Shown here: positions 33,721 through 48,460 of the stretch, piece after piece
Layout: each line of letters starts with the position of its first letter
How positions within the stretch are numbered: position 1 is the stretch's first letter
Assembly: GCA_030390025.1 (NCBI GenBank)
Contig: CM059425.1
Coordinates: 173,168,001 to 173,232,000, forward strand
From: Squalus acanthias
Lineage: Eukaryota
DNA: 64,000 nucleotides
Direction: 5' to 3'
Notes under the pieces: model-generated
Databases searched by the model: none
Seen by the model: the letters and a program-made list of their open reading frames with translations, nothing else
Told to the model about the DNA's origin: nothing
Made by a program: the position numbers and the translations under genes

Positions 33721-33849
33721 CACCAGGGTCTGTTGTGAAGGACATCATCGCAATAAAGAATAAAGGAGGCGACAGAGTAAACCAGGAAGTGGTGATTAGG
33801 TGATACCTAGATTTGGTTTTAAACACAAGTGTGTAGGAGGATTGAGGGA

Positions 33850-35120
33850 GATGAGTTCAATTTTTAAGTTAGGGTAGAAATTGCAGTTAGTCTCCATTTC
33901 AAAATAGTGGATGGTGAGGAGGACAAAAATCAAGCGCTTAAAAGGAGCAAGAGGAAATTTGAGGGTTACTGACCATAATATCAATAAAATAGAGAAAGGA
34001 AGAAAAGTTGAGACAAAGAATAGAGCATAGAGGTGACCAAGGGATTACCAATCAGAACCTTGATCTTGTACAAGGGTATGAAAAGGTGCTGAAAGATATA
34101 TCCAGCTGTTGGAGCAGTCTAAACTTTAAAAATGGAATTGTTGAAAGTATAGGAAGTGCAAAAAAAGGAAACTGAGCTTTTTAGCGGCAACTTTAGTAAT
34201 TAAGGTGTAAGAGTAGATCGTGATGCCAAGAATGTTGAGGACAAAGGATGGTGCCTTCAATGGTACTGAAATAAAAATAAAATTCATTGCCCCATTTAAT
34301 GGCATGGATGAGATCATAATTTGATAATTCAGCCATTAGATTGAGAGGACTAGAGGTTTGAGCACTGAGGATGCGTCATCTGAAGAAAATAGATGAATGC
34401 AGAATAGAATCGGCAGTAAGATAGTGGATAGGGTTGGATTTGGATGATGAGATGAGAAGGTCGTTAATATGAAAAAGGGACAGAGTGGGAGAAGACAGAG
34501 TTCTGAGAACTGTTGAGTTAATGGAACAAGAGTCAGATTGAGTAATCAGTGTAAGCGTAAATAGAACAATTTGAAGAAAAGATAGCTAGCCTTGAGCACA
34601 GCTTTAGTGGGAGACCATATATGATTTTAACTTGTTTAGAAGTGCGTGATGTTGGCCCCATCAAATAAATTTGGAGAAGTCTAAGGCAATGACTAATAAT
34701 TCACCAAATTTTCAAGAGCAGAGTTCTTCAGGTACATAACGTAAACAGCACAGTCATCAGTGGAACTTCTGTGGCAAAAACTATACTGGCCATCATGGAT
34801 TGAGCCTGCACATTTAGGGTAAAGCAGAATTTGAGAGTTAGCAGCTTCCATAAATTAGAAAGTGTTAATGTTAGAACAGTAGTTTGAGGGTAAGACTGAT
34901 CACCTTTCTTAGGGTAGAGTGATCATGAGCAAATTTTCAAGGGGCAGGAAAGATGACCTAAGAGGAAGAGATAAAAGAGACTGATAGAATAGAGATGAGT
35001 TCGGGGGCACATATTATGATGAGAGAGAGAGATCATCAGGACCAGAAGTGATCTTGGAGTCCAGAGTGCGTAGATCTGACAGACCTGGCAGGGATAAAAC
35101 TTGGTGCAAATCATAACAGT
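33850..35120 (-). mobile_element. Highly decayed LINE RT remnant
   Basis: Minus-strand traces of QYxF..xRSTxD, IALDFSK and FSDD motifs. Confidence 0.45.
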
Positions 35121-35629
35121 TGAACAGAAGGAGCATGCAAGTAGGTGTTTTTATTAGAGGCAGTTTGTAAAAAGCGTGCATAAGAATATTCCTGTGCAGA
35201 GCAGCATATGTATTGTATTGTATTGTGAGTTTACAATCAGATGTACTGATCTTGGTCTAGCAAGTTAGAGTTTCACTAATACCGATCAATGTGTTACACT
35301 CATAAATAGTTATCCTGCAGCTGTTCAATTATTTGCACTATGTCTGTAGATCAGATAATATTATGCTTTTAGCAGAATTAATTGTTTTTTATAAGTCATT
35401 TCCCAATACTGAAAAGGCACTGTAGGCTAACTCTCTCCCGTTAATTAACGGAATACTACTGCTTCGTGATTTGTCTTTTGATGTGTACGAGCAAGTCCAT
35501 TTTTCAGTTGTCTAGTTTTTGTGTTCTGACTTGTCTGTACTGCACTGATCGCACCCTGCTGCCAGGTATTTCCAGTCCTTTTACTCAATTTATTTTATAG
35601 CTACAGGCCTGAAGAACGTAAAATACTTT

Positions 35630-36324
35630 GGCCCGTATTTTCCGATGCCTACAGGTGTGTACGGGCTGTGTACACACCCGTAGGGTCATCGGAAATGCCG
35701 GTTTCAGGTATGCGAAGCGCATGTGCTGAAAACCGGCATTTCTGATCTGTCAAGAATCCTCTTGACAAATCCGACGCCTGCCCTGGAGAAGGGCCTCTGC
35801 GGGTGGAGAGTTCTGCTTTCTGCAGAACCTCCGCCCGCTGAAAACACTTAAAAATCTTACACCTGGTTTTCACTCATTTTATAATTTTAAATACTTTTTT
35901 AAAAAAAAGGTAAGCTTATTTTTAGCCCCGTAAAAAACTTTAATTATTCAAAAAATTAAATTTTTGTTTAAAATATTTAATTTAATGTAATTTTAACTAA
36001 TTTTAAAAAGTGATGGTTTAAAAAAAATTTATTTAATGTTTTCGTGTCTTTTTTCAGTGATCCCCATTCATACTTTTGACAGTTCTATCTGTCAAAAGTA
36101 TGAAGGGGGATTCCCTTCTTTCATTGGCTCGCCTGGCCCACATGATCCCAGGGACGCTTGTGAACCGCCTGCGCCCCGGGATACGTGGGCCCTGCGCATT
36201 TCGACTGTGGAGAGGCCCAGGAGCAGAAGTGTCCGGACCTCGGGAGCCCTCGGGTAAGGCCGTAGATTTTTTTCCGAAAGGAGGCATCCGCACGCAGGAA
36301 GCCTCCTATCGGAAATTACGGGCC
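35630..36324. mobile_element. Harbinger-type MITE
   Basis: TIRs GGCCCGTATTTTCCGAT / GGCCCGTAATTTCCGAT(rc), 3-bp flanks TTT/ATT and an AT-rich core. Confidence 0.8.
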
Positions 36325-37037
36325 ATTATGTTTTGATTCCCGAAAATGTTAGAACAAGCAATATGTATTTTTGCATTGTACATTTAAAACATTTTTTTTT
36401 GAACTGTTTTCAATTTTTGCTGCATTACTCAACATGTGCATACACGTTGCATAGTTTGTGGGCAGAGAACTGTAGTCAGGTTCATTCTCTTAGAAGTATC
36501 AGGGTAATCCCTCTCTAGATCATGTATTTCTCCCTCTGTCCTTACAGGGAGACTTCTCTTTTACAGCATATGTACTGTACTTACCTGGTATTTCACTTCT
36601 ATGCAAGAATGATCTGAGCTAACTTGTTATATTTGCACCATCAGTATCCGCCTGCGTGGATTAAATGTTGTGTGCACAGAATGTAAAATGCGCATTGAGC
36701 CAAAAATTGAATAGTAACCAAGATATTTAATCATATAAAGGCTGAATGCATGGTGGACTACATGAGGTAGTGTGAACACTGGCAGGATGCAACACCAATA
36801 AAATGGTTTCATGTTGAATCAGTATTTATGCTGTTGTATAAATTTCCTAGATCTTGAAGTTATAATGTTGGCTTCATACCAGTATTATTACATTTCCAAG
36901 AGTGTTGTCCAATGCTTTCATGCTGGAATAAAGTTAGTGTACTCCATAGGGATGGAGAAGGAATTGGCAAATGTAATTAATGTATGTTGCATATAGTTTG
37001 AAAAGTCAATTATAACATTTTCTCTTTTTTGTTACAG

Positions 37038-37080
37038 ACCAGTTAAATAGATTTGCAGGGTTTGGTGTTGGTCTTGCAAG
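37038..37080 (+). CDS. slc25a46: SLC25A46 exon 2 (43 bp)
   Basis: ttacag| acceptor and |gtacga donor; encodes (D)QLNRFAGFGVGLAS. Confidence 0.95.
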
Positions 37081-37664
37081 GTACGATATTTATGCTTTTT
37101 TCCCAAACTTCCTGCTAGCATAAGCTAAAGTTTGGAGCTACTGCCTCACAAACCAAACGTGGTGCTTCATTTAAAATAACTAAGGGTGTTTATATAAAAA
37201 ATTGTAATCATTATACGCTGTGCATGATATCAGTCTCCTGATAGAGTTTTACAAGGGAAAGCTGATTCTGTAAAAAGTCATTGACTGGAAAGGGAAAAAC
37301 TACATCAAAAATTATGTGGTGTATATTGCCAAATGCATAAAACTGAAGTGAATAAACTGAACAAGTAAAAATGTAAATCCATATAAAATAATTTTGTATC
37401 CTATTAGGGAAAAATTAATGTGGGCTACAGGGTCTATCGTTACTGTGGTTCTTTATTAAAGAATATCCAATTTGGAATGATGCACCATATTCAGTTAAAT
37501 AATACCATAATCCTGTATTGCATCATTTGGATCAAGTCCAAACGGTATTTAGATATAAATTGATAATGTAATTTCTTACCTGCTTTTGTCTGGACTAGTC
37601 TGTTGGAGCTTTAGTGAAATATTTTGTGTTCAGTAGTTTTGTCTAACTCTGCTTTTTCTTTTAA

Positions 37665-37841
<177 letters not shown>

Positions 37842-38424
37842 TAGGGCACAAGTATTTTGATGTGCAAAACTGGGAAAAGGCTTTTACACTGAGATGCTTG
37901 ATGCGGATCGTTTGCATTTTGAGAACCTGCTTGAAGTCCCCTACTACAACTAGAAGTTTGGGGGGATTCTTTATACAGTTGCTATATGCTAGTCACTATA
38001 GTATTGCAAAACAATTTAAAGTACTTAATCTGTTTTTTGACTTATTTGACTATAACTATCATCTGGAGGGACATGTCCATATGCTGGCCTCTCGAATACT
38101 TCGAAGATAAGGGCGCCACCTGATGGAGCACTAAACCATACAGAAGTTCCTAGATTTGATTCCCAGCTCATGTTAAATTAGATGACCACAGCCTCGTTAA
38201 CAGTAGGAGTGCTGCTGCCCTCATCCTCCCTCTGGGCTCGGGAAGTGAAAAACAAGCCAGGGCTTCCCGCACCTGATTGCTACCAAATGATTCTGTGGGA
38301 TGCCTACCATGATTGAATAACACTTGTTGTCTAGGCTCTTAATTAAAGAATGGTCAGTTTGGCAAAGTACTGGAGGCCTTTTGCTGCCTGTGGAATCTTT
38401 CTGTACTTTGACGCTATCAGGACA

Positions 38425-39350
38425 GGAGAGCACTCCCCTGCTCTTTCCCCATAGCCCTGTAATTTTTTTCCTTTCAAGTATTTATCCAATTCTCTTTCGA
38501 ATGTTACTATTGAATCTGCTTCCACCACCCTTTCAGCAGTGTATTCCAGATCACAACTCGCTGTGTTTATAAAAAAAAACGTTTCTTCATGTCGCCTCTG
38601 GTTCATTTGCCAATCACTAAATCTATTTCCTCTGGTTACTGACCTTTCTGCCACTGGAAACAGTTTCTCTTTATTTACTTTATCAGAACCGTTCATGATT
38701 TTGAACACCTCTATCAAATCTCCTCATAACCTTCTCTGCTCTAAGGAGAACAACCCCAGCTTCTCCAGTCTCTCCACATAACTGAAGTCCCTCACCCCTG
38801 GTACCATTCTAGTAAATCTCTTCTGCACCCTCTCCAAGGCCATGACATCCTTCCTAAAGTGTGATGCCCAGAATTGAACACAATACTCCAGCTGAGGCCT
38901 AACCAGTGTTTTATAAAGGTTTAGCATAACTTCCTTGCTTTTGTACTCTATTCCTCTATTAATAAAGCCAAGGAGCCCATATGTTTTTTTAACAGCCATC
39001 TCAACTTGTCCTGCCATCTTCAAAGATTTGTGTACATACACTCCCAGGTCTCTCTGTTCCTGCACACCCTTTAAAATTGTACCATTTAGTTCATATTGCC
39101 GCTCCTCGTTCTTTCTACCAAAATGTATAATTTCACACTTCTCTGCATTAAATTTCATCTGTCATGTGTCTGCCCATTTCACCAGTCTGTCTATGTCCTC
39201 AGTAGTCTGTTACTATCCTCCTTATTGTTTACTACATTTGTGAGTTTTGTATCATCTGCAAACTTGGAAATTATGCCCTGTATACCCAAATCCAGGTCAT
39301 TAATATATATGAAAAAGAGCAGTGGTCCTAATACCGACCCTGGGAACACC
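38425..39350 (-). mobile_element. CR1 3' fragment
   Basis: MKFNAEKCE...QRDLGV...QLEYCVQFW. Confidence 0.9.
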
Positions 39351-40180
39351 ACTCTTTTCTGGACTGCTTTGCTATGAGTACTTTAATTAATACCACAACA
39401 ACCTAAGGAAGGAATCGTAATTGCCGGGAAAAGAAAGCTTTTAGTTCGTAATTCATGCTGGGAAAGGACTGGAGATTGATGAACTGGTTTGTTGCCTTGG
39501 TATTTTGGAAAATTTGTGCCAGATTTTTAGTGAAACATGATTGATTCCACTGTGACTCCAGTGGGAGACTGGCAGAGCCTCCAGAAAATGACTGTTTGCC
39601 TTGTAAAAGGCATAATCTTCATCCACCCCTTAGAATCTAAAGAAAAATATTCCATCAGTGCAGCTAACTGAACAGTACTGCTGTATCCTGGGATATCGGG
39701 TGCATAGCAGATGCTTAGACTGCACAATTAAGATTCAGCAGTCAGATTTTGGATGAATTTGGTCATAGGAATTTATTTCAGATTTCCAGCATCCGCAGTA
39801 TTTTGCTTTTGTTTCAGCAGTCAGCCTTCGCTCTGTACAAAAATTATCAAAATATCCCAGGTTTTTTGGATAGGCTGTGGCCTTCAAGTTAAAACTTTAA
39901 TAAAGGTAATTAAGATACAATAATCAATTCAGTTAGATTGTACTAATACAGGATTGAGAGTTTTACTTAGACAATTTCCATTATGAATTTGGAAATAGGA
40001 ATTTATAATGAGAAATGGTTGACAAAAAAGTGTGACAATGAGTGACAACACAAAGTAGGGTTTTTTTTAGACAGGAAGTGCATGCATATGTACAATCTTT
40101 AAGATTCAGATAGATTGTCTTGAGTTTAAAGTATATGAAAATGGTTAATTACTATTTTTAACCTCTTTTTTTTATTTTAG

Positions 40181-40258
40181 GTCAATTATCATGCAAAAAA
40201 TTATCATCTTACTCCTTTCACCGTTGTAAATATTATGTACCACTTCAGCAAAACACAG
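40181..40258 (+). CDS. slc25a46: SLC25A46 exon 4 (78 bp)
   Basis: ttttag| ... |gtaggc; encodes [26 protein letters not shown]. Confidence 0.95.
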
Positions 40259-41899
40259 GTAGGCCTTTGCAATTGTCATATTAGTTAGAAATGCAATGTT
40301 GCTTTTTCCACACACCCCTTCTCCCACTCCAAAATTGACAAGGGTAGTTTTGCATTCTACTGCTATTTCTACTGGTCTTTTTCAAACCAGATTCCTAGAA
40401 CCGTATATTCTGGGTTTCATTGACATGTCAAAATACTTGAGTTTTTCAAAATGTCTTAACTTATTCTATCTAATTTATGTCTGTGGTTAAAGGGAACCTT
40501 GCTTCCAGAGTTTGTTCAAAAATTTAGATAATTTCAGAAGTTTTGCACCTTTTAATTTTGCTCTCCCTCAATTGGCTCAATTATGTAACATTTGCATTTG
40601 GCCACAGCTTAGTGGTGTGGTGCTTTACAACACTATTTTTTACTCTATAACCTAGGTTTGAAGCTAGCTAAACTAGATCAGATGAAATCCCGCTCTCTGA
40701 TAGCTTTATGGGTCTTCGGTAAAATGTGTTTGTGTCAGCACAGCATTAAGCTGTACGTCATTCAGCACCCTTTGGCAGTCTTGCTCCTGTCCTTGTTATA
40801 TTAACCTACTGACATGAAATGTTGTTTCAGTTGAGCAGACCAGGTAATACTGTCTGCATACCATTTAGGCACCTTGACTCTGTGATACTTGAGCTATTAA
40901 TGCGCATGAGCTGCATCTTGTCTTGTGTATGTACCTGCAAATTTGCAATGGTGCTCTGAATTTCAAAATGTCCTGCCCGAGTGGTGAAGGGCAGCTCCAC
41001 TATATAATGGCACAGGTTTGTGTTGTTTGCTTTAATTGTTTAAACTGTATCCGATAGTTACTCCACTCATCACCCGATCACCACCTCAAGTCGTGTAAAC
41101 ACCATTGAAGTTGGCTGATTCAGCACCTTGCATGAATTTCTTTTTGTCCCATTGGGACAAAACAAATCCTTGTATAAGGAGGATATCAGGTTCAAGGATT
41201 TCTGGAAATAGATATATTGCAGTAGCACAATCAAGGCAGCTGTTCTTTGGTTCAGGCATGTTTTTGTGAAAGTAGAGAAGAAGAAGCAGCCTTTACAGAC
41301 TTTACTTGTGAGCTTACCCTTTTAGATGGATTTGATCTTTAAAAATGAAGCATTAGTATCTTTGGAATGACACATGACTCTTGTTAATTCCCAATACCTT
41401 CGACAAATGTATAAATTGAAGAAAGCAAAATGAAAATAAATTCTGTTAGACACTACATTGTCAATCGAAGGGGCACTAGTTTGTTGTATTTTTGGCCATT
41501 TAATTAAATGTTTTGCATATAGTGGGTAGAGCACGAAAAGTGTCTGTGTCATACACTGTGTTCTTGAGGTAAAATAATCTTGATTGGTCCAAATGCCGTT
41601 TACCTTCCTGCCTGTCTGTTTAGCCATATTTGAAGCAATCAATGAACCACTAGCAAACCGAGCCAATCAGATTGCTCAAAACAATTTTTCAAACTGCTTT
41701 CAGCAGCTATCTTAGTTTCTCACTAACCTGGGAATATACCCCTAAAAATAAAATTAACATAAATGCACAAAAAATAACAAAAACGCTAAACATACTCATG
41801 AATTTCCAGATTTCTCCACTTGCCACCCTTCCGCGGAGGGGCCTGGCACTTGCCTGCCGTTCTTGGAATAAATTCATAGAATCTTACAGCACAGAAGGA

Positions 41900-42865
41900 G
41901 GCCAGCATTTATTTCCCATCCCAATTGCCCGCTGCAGTCCGTAAGGTGAAAGTACTCCCACAGTGCTGTTAGGGAGGGAGTTCCAGGATTTTGACCCAGT
42001 GACGATGAAGGAACAGTGATATATTTCTAAGTCAGGATGGTGTGTGACTTGGAGGGGAACTTGAAGGTGATGGTGTTCCCATGCTCCTGCTGCCCTTGTC
42101 CTTCTAGGTGGTAGAGGTCGCGGGTTTGGGAGGTGCTGTCGAAAAAGCCTTGGTGAGTTGCTGCAGTGCATCTTGTAGATGGAACACACTGCAGCCACGG
42201 TGTGCTGGTGGTGGAGGGAGTAAATGTTTAAGGTGGTGGACGGGGTGCCAATCAAGTGGGCTGCTTTGTCCTAGATGGTGTCAAGCTTCTTGAGTGTCGT
42301 TGGAGCTGCACTCATCCAGGCAAGTGAAGAGTATTCCATCACACTCCTGACTTGTGCCTTGTAAATGGTAGAAAGGCTTTGAGTAGTCAGGAGGCGAGTC
42401 ACTCACCGCAGAATACCCAGCCTCTGACCTGCTTTTGTAGCCAAATTATTTATGTGGCTGGTCCAATTCAGTTTTGGTCAATGGTAACCCCCAGGATGTT
42501 GATGGTGGGGGATTCGGTGATGGTAATCCCGTTGAATGTCAAGGGGAGGTGGCTAGATTCTCTTGTTGGAGATTGTCATTGCCTGGCACTTGTGTGGCGC
42601 GAATGTTACTTGCCACTTACCAGCCCAAGCCTGAATGTTGTCCAGGTCTTGCTGCATGCGGGCACGGACTGCTTCATTATCTGAGGAGTTGCGAATGGAA
42701 CTGAACACTCTGCAATCATCGAATATCCCCACTGCTGACCTTATAATGGAGGGAACGTAATTGATGAAGCAGCTGAAGAACTTTGGGCCTAGGGCACTGC
42801 TCTGAGGAACTCCTGCAGCGATGTCCTGGGGCTGAGATGATTGGCCTCCAACAACCACAACATGT
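41900..42865 (-). mobile_element. 3' part of the same LINE family as 24438-28421
   Basis: AGVPQSSALGP, DNEAVRARMQQDLDNIQAW, and a 3' UTR matching 27400-28380. Confidence 0.85.
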
Positions 42866-45800
42866 TGTCCTGCCACTTCAAAGATTTGTGTACATACAGC
42901 CCCAGGTCTCTCTGTTCCTGCACCCCGTTTAGAATTGTATCATTTAGTTCATATTGCCTCTCATTCTTTCTACCAAAATGTATCACTTCTCATTTCTCTG
43001 TTAAATTTCAACTGCCATTTGTCCATTTCACCAGTCTGTCTATGTCCTCCTGAAGTCTGTTACTATCCTCCTTGTTTACTACATTTCCGAGTTTCATATC
43101 ATCTGCAAATTTTGAAATTATGCCCTGTATGCACAAGTCCAGGTCGTTAAGATATATCAAAAAGAGCAGTGGTCCTAATACCGACCTCTGGGGAATGTCA
43201 CTGTGTACCTCCCTCCAGTCTGGAAAAACAACCGTGCACCACTACTCTGCTTTCTGTCCCTCAGCCAATTTTGTATCCATGCTGCTACTGTCCCTTTAAT
43301 CCCATGGGTTTTAATTTTGCCAACAAGTCTATTGTGGTACTTTGAACGTCTTTTGAAAATCCACATACACAACCGCCCTACCCTCATCAACCCGCTCCGT
43401 TACTTCATCAAAGAACTCGATGCAATTAGTCAAAAGCAATTTGCCTTTAATAAATCTGTGTTGACTTTCGTTTATTAGCCCATACTTTTCCAAATGCCTA
43501 TTAAATATGTCTCGGATTATTGTGTCTAAAAGTTTCTCCACCATCAATGTTAGGCTGCCCGGCTGTAGTTGCTAGGTTTATCCCTCTCCCCCTTTTAAAA
43601 CAAGGGTGTAACATTTGCAATCCTCCAGTCCTCTGGCATCACCCCCATATTCAAGGAGGATTGGAAGATTGCGGCCAGAGCCTCTGAAATTTGCACCCTT
43701 ACTTCCCTCCGTAACCTAGAATGCATCTCATCCAGACTGGGTGACTTTTCTACTTTTGAGGCCTGCCAACCTATTAAGTACCTCCTTTATTTTTATCCTA
43801 TCCAATATCACTACTGCCTCCTCCTTTAATACTACATTGGCAGCGTCCTCTACTCTAGTGAAGACAGATGCAAAGTACTTATTTCGTACTTCAGCCATGC
43901 CCTCTGTCTTTATCAGCCCCACCCTTCCTTTGACTATCCTTTTACTATTTGTGTTTATAAAAGACTTTTGGTTTCCCTTTTATGTTAGCCGCTGATCTAT
44001 TCTCATACCCTCTCTTTGCCCTTATTCCCTTTTTTAGATCTGCTCTGTACTTTCTATATTCAGCTTGGTTCTCTACTGTGTTATAGAAACATAGAAACAT
44101 AGAAACATAGAATCTAGGAGCAGGAGTAGGCCATTCGGCCCGTCGAGCCTGCTCCGCCATTCAATACGATCATGGCTGATCATCCAAATCCAGTACCCTG
44201 TCCCTGCTTTAATCCCCACAGTACACACATATCCCACCCTACCCCCGTAACCCCACGTATTTAATTCCCCCTAACATATCCCATCCTATCCCCATAACCC
44301 CACATATTTAATCCCCCCTAACACTAAGGGTCAATTTATCATAGCCAAATCAACCTAACCCACACATTTTTGGACTGTGGGAGGAAACCGGAGCACCCGG
44401 AGGAAACCCACGCAGACACGGGGAGAATGTGCAAACTCCACACAGACAGTCACCCGAGGTCAGATTCGAATGACCCTTACAGTTGTTGTAAGCCTCCTTT
44501 TTCTGTCTCATTTGAACCTCTATCTTTAGTCATCCAGGGAGCACTAGCTTTGGATGCCTCATGGGAATATGTCTACACTCTACCCGAACCATCTCTTATT
44601 TGAAGGCCTCCCACTGTTCAATTACTGTTTTGCCTACCAATTTTTGATTCCAATCCCGATCCCTTTTCAACTCACTGAAATTAGCCCTCCAGTTAAGTGT
44701 TTTTACTTTTGATTGTCTGTTGACCTTTTCCATAACTATTCTAAACCTGATATGATCACTGTTCCCCAAATTCTCTCTTTCTGAAATATGCTCCACTTGC
44801 TTGACTTCATTCCCCAGAAATAGACCCAGCATTGCTTCCTTCCTTGTTGGGCTGGAAACACACTGATCAAGAAAGTTCTCTTGTACACATTTCCTTCCCC
44901 TCTTTGCTGAAGATATATATAAAACAAGAAAAGCAATGGTCCTAATACTGACTCCTGAGGGACCCCACTGCATACCTCTCTCCAGTCAGAAAAGCATCCA
45001 TTCACCACTACTCTCCCTCCTATCCCTTAGCCAATTACATACCCAAGTTACCACCGTCCCTTTAATCCCATGGGTTTTAATTTTGCTAACAAGTCTATTA
45101 TATAGTACTTTATAAAATGCCTTTTGAAAGTTCATATATACAACTACTACACTACCTTCATCAACCCTCTCTGATACTTTATCAAAGAACTCAATCAGAT
45201 TAGTCAGAGATGATTTTCCATTAACAAATCCATGCTGGCTGTCCCTTATTAATTCATGCTTCTCCAAGTGAGAATTAATTTTGTCCTTGACAATGGTCTC
45301 TAGTAGTTTTCCCACCACTGATGTTAGATTGCCTGTAGTTACCAGTTTATCTCTCTCCCCTTTTTTGGGCACAGGTGTAACATTTGCAGTCCTCTGGCAA
45401 CACTCCAATATCCAAGGAGGATTGAAAGATTGTGGTCAGAGCTTCTGTTCTCTCCAGGATGCAACCTAGGATGTATCCCATCTGGACTGGGTGCCTTGTT
45501 AACTTTGAGTAATGCCAACCTATTTAGCACCTCCTTTCAGTCTATTTTTATCCTATCCAATATCTCTACTCTTTCCCCCCCCCCCCCCCCCCACTCTGAC
45601 GTTAACTTCATCCTCTTTTGTGAAGTACCTCATGCCCTCTGCCTCCACAAGTTTCCTTTTTTGTCCCCAATTGGCCCTATCATTCCTTTAACTATCCTTT
45701 TACTTTTTACATGTTTATAAAAGATTTTTGGGTTCCCTCTTATGTTACCTACTAATATTTTTTCATACTCTCTCTTTGCCCTTCCTTTTTCAATTTCCCC

Positions 45801-46080
45801 CTGCACTCTGTATTCTGCCTGGTTTTCGATTGTATACTGTACCTGACATTTTTCATAAACATTTTTTCTGTTTTATTTTAACTCTATTTCCTTTGTCATC
45901 CAGGGAGCTCTAGCTTTGGATGCCCCATCTTTCCTCCTTATGGGAATATGCTTGCTTTGTACCCAAACTGTTTCTGCCTTGAAGGCCTACCACTGCTCAT
46001 TTACTGGTTTCCTGGCCAATCTCTCTTTCCAGTCCACCAAATCACTGAAATTGGCTCTCTTCCAGTTGTGTATTCAAAGC
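42865..46080 (-). mobile_element. Tandem/nested CR1 fragments
   Basis: Two sets of RT motifs (DFQK, GVPQESVLGP, PSPDGIHPR) plus an EN C-terminal CVQENFLDQ...NSDH. Confidence 0.85.
44083..44470 (-). mobile_element. V-SINE (HE1-like) with CR1-type tail
   Basis: The reverse complement carries the V-domain core GTGGAGTTTGCACATTCTCCCCGTGTCTGCGTGGGTTTCCTCCGGGTGCTCCGGTTTCCTCCCACAGTCCAAA and a (CTATGTTT)n tail. Confidence 0.8.
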
Positions 46081-46587
46081 TTTCATTTGCTGCTTCAGCC
46101 TTCCCTGAATGAAGAAAATGAACCAAATATCAGACTACAACTACCAGAGTGCACTGCTGTCACTTTGTTTAAGTACTCTGGTGGCTTACAAATCCTGGAT
46201 ATAATGCACATTAAAGCAGAGCTTAAGAGTTGAAAATCATGGCATGTTCTGCTTAAAAATAATCTGGATCCTTGAAGACCTGAATTGTTTCAACACAAAC
46301 TTGTTTGTAAATTGTCCTCGTTTTCACTCTCTCTTTCCCTACACTCCCCATCGAGTGATAAAAGCCTGGCAGCACTATAGAAAATTTACCCTTCCATTTG
46401 AAAAACAGTAAGTTTCAGGAAATGTACTAATAGATTTTTATAATTTGTAAAAACTGCATATTTCCCTCAGTACTTTTGACTAACTTCCACATTTTATTTT
46501 TTATCCAACCTTATTTTTTGTGAGTGGCACTAATAATGTAAATATTTAAGAAATGCAATCACTGTCTTTCCTATTTTACACTTGCAG

Positions 46588-46688
46588 GGCCTAAAAGGAT
46601 TATGGAAAGGAATGGGAAGCACATTTATTGTTCAAGGAATAGCACTGGGTACTGAAGGCATCATCAGCGAATTCACACCACTTCCTAG
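46588..46688 (+). CDS. slc25a46: SLC25A46 exon 5 (101 bp)
   Basis: ttgcag| ... |gtagat; encodes [34 protein letters not shown]. Confidence 0.95.
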
Positions 46689-47141
46689 GTAGATCACATC
46701 TGTGTGTGCTTTCTGAAAATGGCTTTCATTTATACAGAATTACTGGTTGAATATTTTTAAACTTGATATAGGCAGTGAGTAAAATTATATTCAAAAATAT
46801 GTTGCTGGGATATTTATAGGCAAAATGCATATTTACTTTTGTATGTGCTCAAGTGGAGAAACGGTGCAATGTGTTTGAGTGAATTTTCTCATTTAATATC
46901 GATTTCCCAGTATAAAAAAATTGGGTTCAAATAAAAAATTGCAATATGTTGAGTTTATGTTGGGAAAACAATTGGATTTACTTTACCAGCGGCTAAACAT
47001 TCTGTTCATCAATCACTCCTCTCCACACAGGATGTACTTGAAGTTTTGCTTTTATGCGTTCTATACTACGGCAATAGTTTAATTTACATAATTTAGTATT
47101 TAATCTGCACAGCATTATCTCCTAAGTTTTTTGTATTGCAG

Positions 47142-47198
47142 AGAGGTTTCCCATAAATGGAGTCCAAAGCAAATAGCTGGCCACCTTATACTCAAAGG
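47142..47198 (+). CDS. slc25a46: SLC25A46 exon 6 (57 bp)
   Basis: ttgcag| ... |gtaagt; encodes EVSHKWSPKQIAGHLILKG. Confidence 0.95.
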
Positions 47199-47599
47199 GT
47201 AAGTTGCAACAAGAACCATGTGATTTCTCGATTGGTTTGAGACTCTTTTCTCCTGAAACTATTGATGGGTACCTCATCTTGGTTGTTATCTTGCCATTCG
47301 CCTAGACTAATTCCAGCCTAGATATGGCAAGGCTTGCTAATTTTTGGACTGTTTGCACTAGTTTCATACTTGGCATCACTTAATTACTACTTATTCTACT
47401 CTTCAACCATAGTGATGTCCTGCCCTGTTGGGTTTGGCAATTAACATTGCTTTCTCAAATAAAAAATGTAATTTAAAAGTTATATTGCTAAATTTGCTCC
47501 CAAAATGTCAAGTCCCAGATGCCCTCCATAGCTGCATAGAACAGTTCAAAAAGGTCTGTTCTAAGACTGCTTGACTCTGAAGATCACAAAGTAGATAGA

Positions 47600-48460
47600 G
47601 ATCAGACAGGCTATTCAGTCCATCTTAGCTCCTCCGTCCAGCAAGACCTTACAGTTGATGTATCACGGCATCCAATTATTCAAATAATTCCAAGGTTTTT
47701 GTTTCTACTCCATATAGAATCATAGAATAGTACATACAATAATCTATATATTAATCATCCTTTGTGTGAAGACCTTCCTGAATAGGTTCTAAATTTGCCT
47801 TTTACTAATTTAAACCTACGTCCTCTTGTCCTACTATCACGGCTTAATTTCAGGTAATGTTCTGTACCATTTACTGTCTTCTCTACCTCAATAATGTCTC
47901 CTTCCAAAACTATAAAGCTCTTGTTTTGATCGTGTTTCCTCATAGCACAGTTCTTTGGCACTAGGAATCTGTTTCATGACTGCACTACCTCCAGAGCTTA
48001 AATGTCACTTGTGTCTCGGAGACAAGAATTGGACACAGTACTCAAGTTGTTTGAGCATGACTTCTTCTGACTTGTACTGTACTGTTCTAGATATATAGTT
48101 CAGTATTCTATTTGCTTCGTTCATTGCTGCTTCACAGTAATTGGACATTATTAAGCATCAAGTCTACGAAAACTCCTAAATCTCTTTCATCTTCATCTTT
48201 AGCTATTTCATAGAGCACATATATTACTTGTTTTTTTTCTTCCCATGTGCAGTACTTTACAGTTGTCCAGAATAAATTTAATTTGTCTTGCTCTATTCAT
48301 TTACATATTTTGTCTATTATTTAATAATTCCCAAGCTGACTCAGATTCAACAGCCCTTCTTAGTTTGGTATTTTTCGTGAATTTGACTAGTTTGCATGAG
48401 CTTCTTAAATTGCCATTAGTGTAAATTAGAAACGTAAATCTCCCAATACCCATCTATGGG
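47600..48460 (-). mobile_element. Old CR1 3' fragment (intron 6)
   Basis: LEGDIIEV...RTRGRRFKL and degenerate EYCVQF motifs. Confidence 0.6.
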
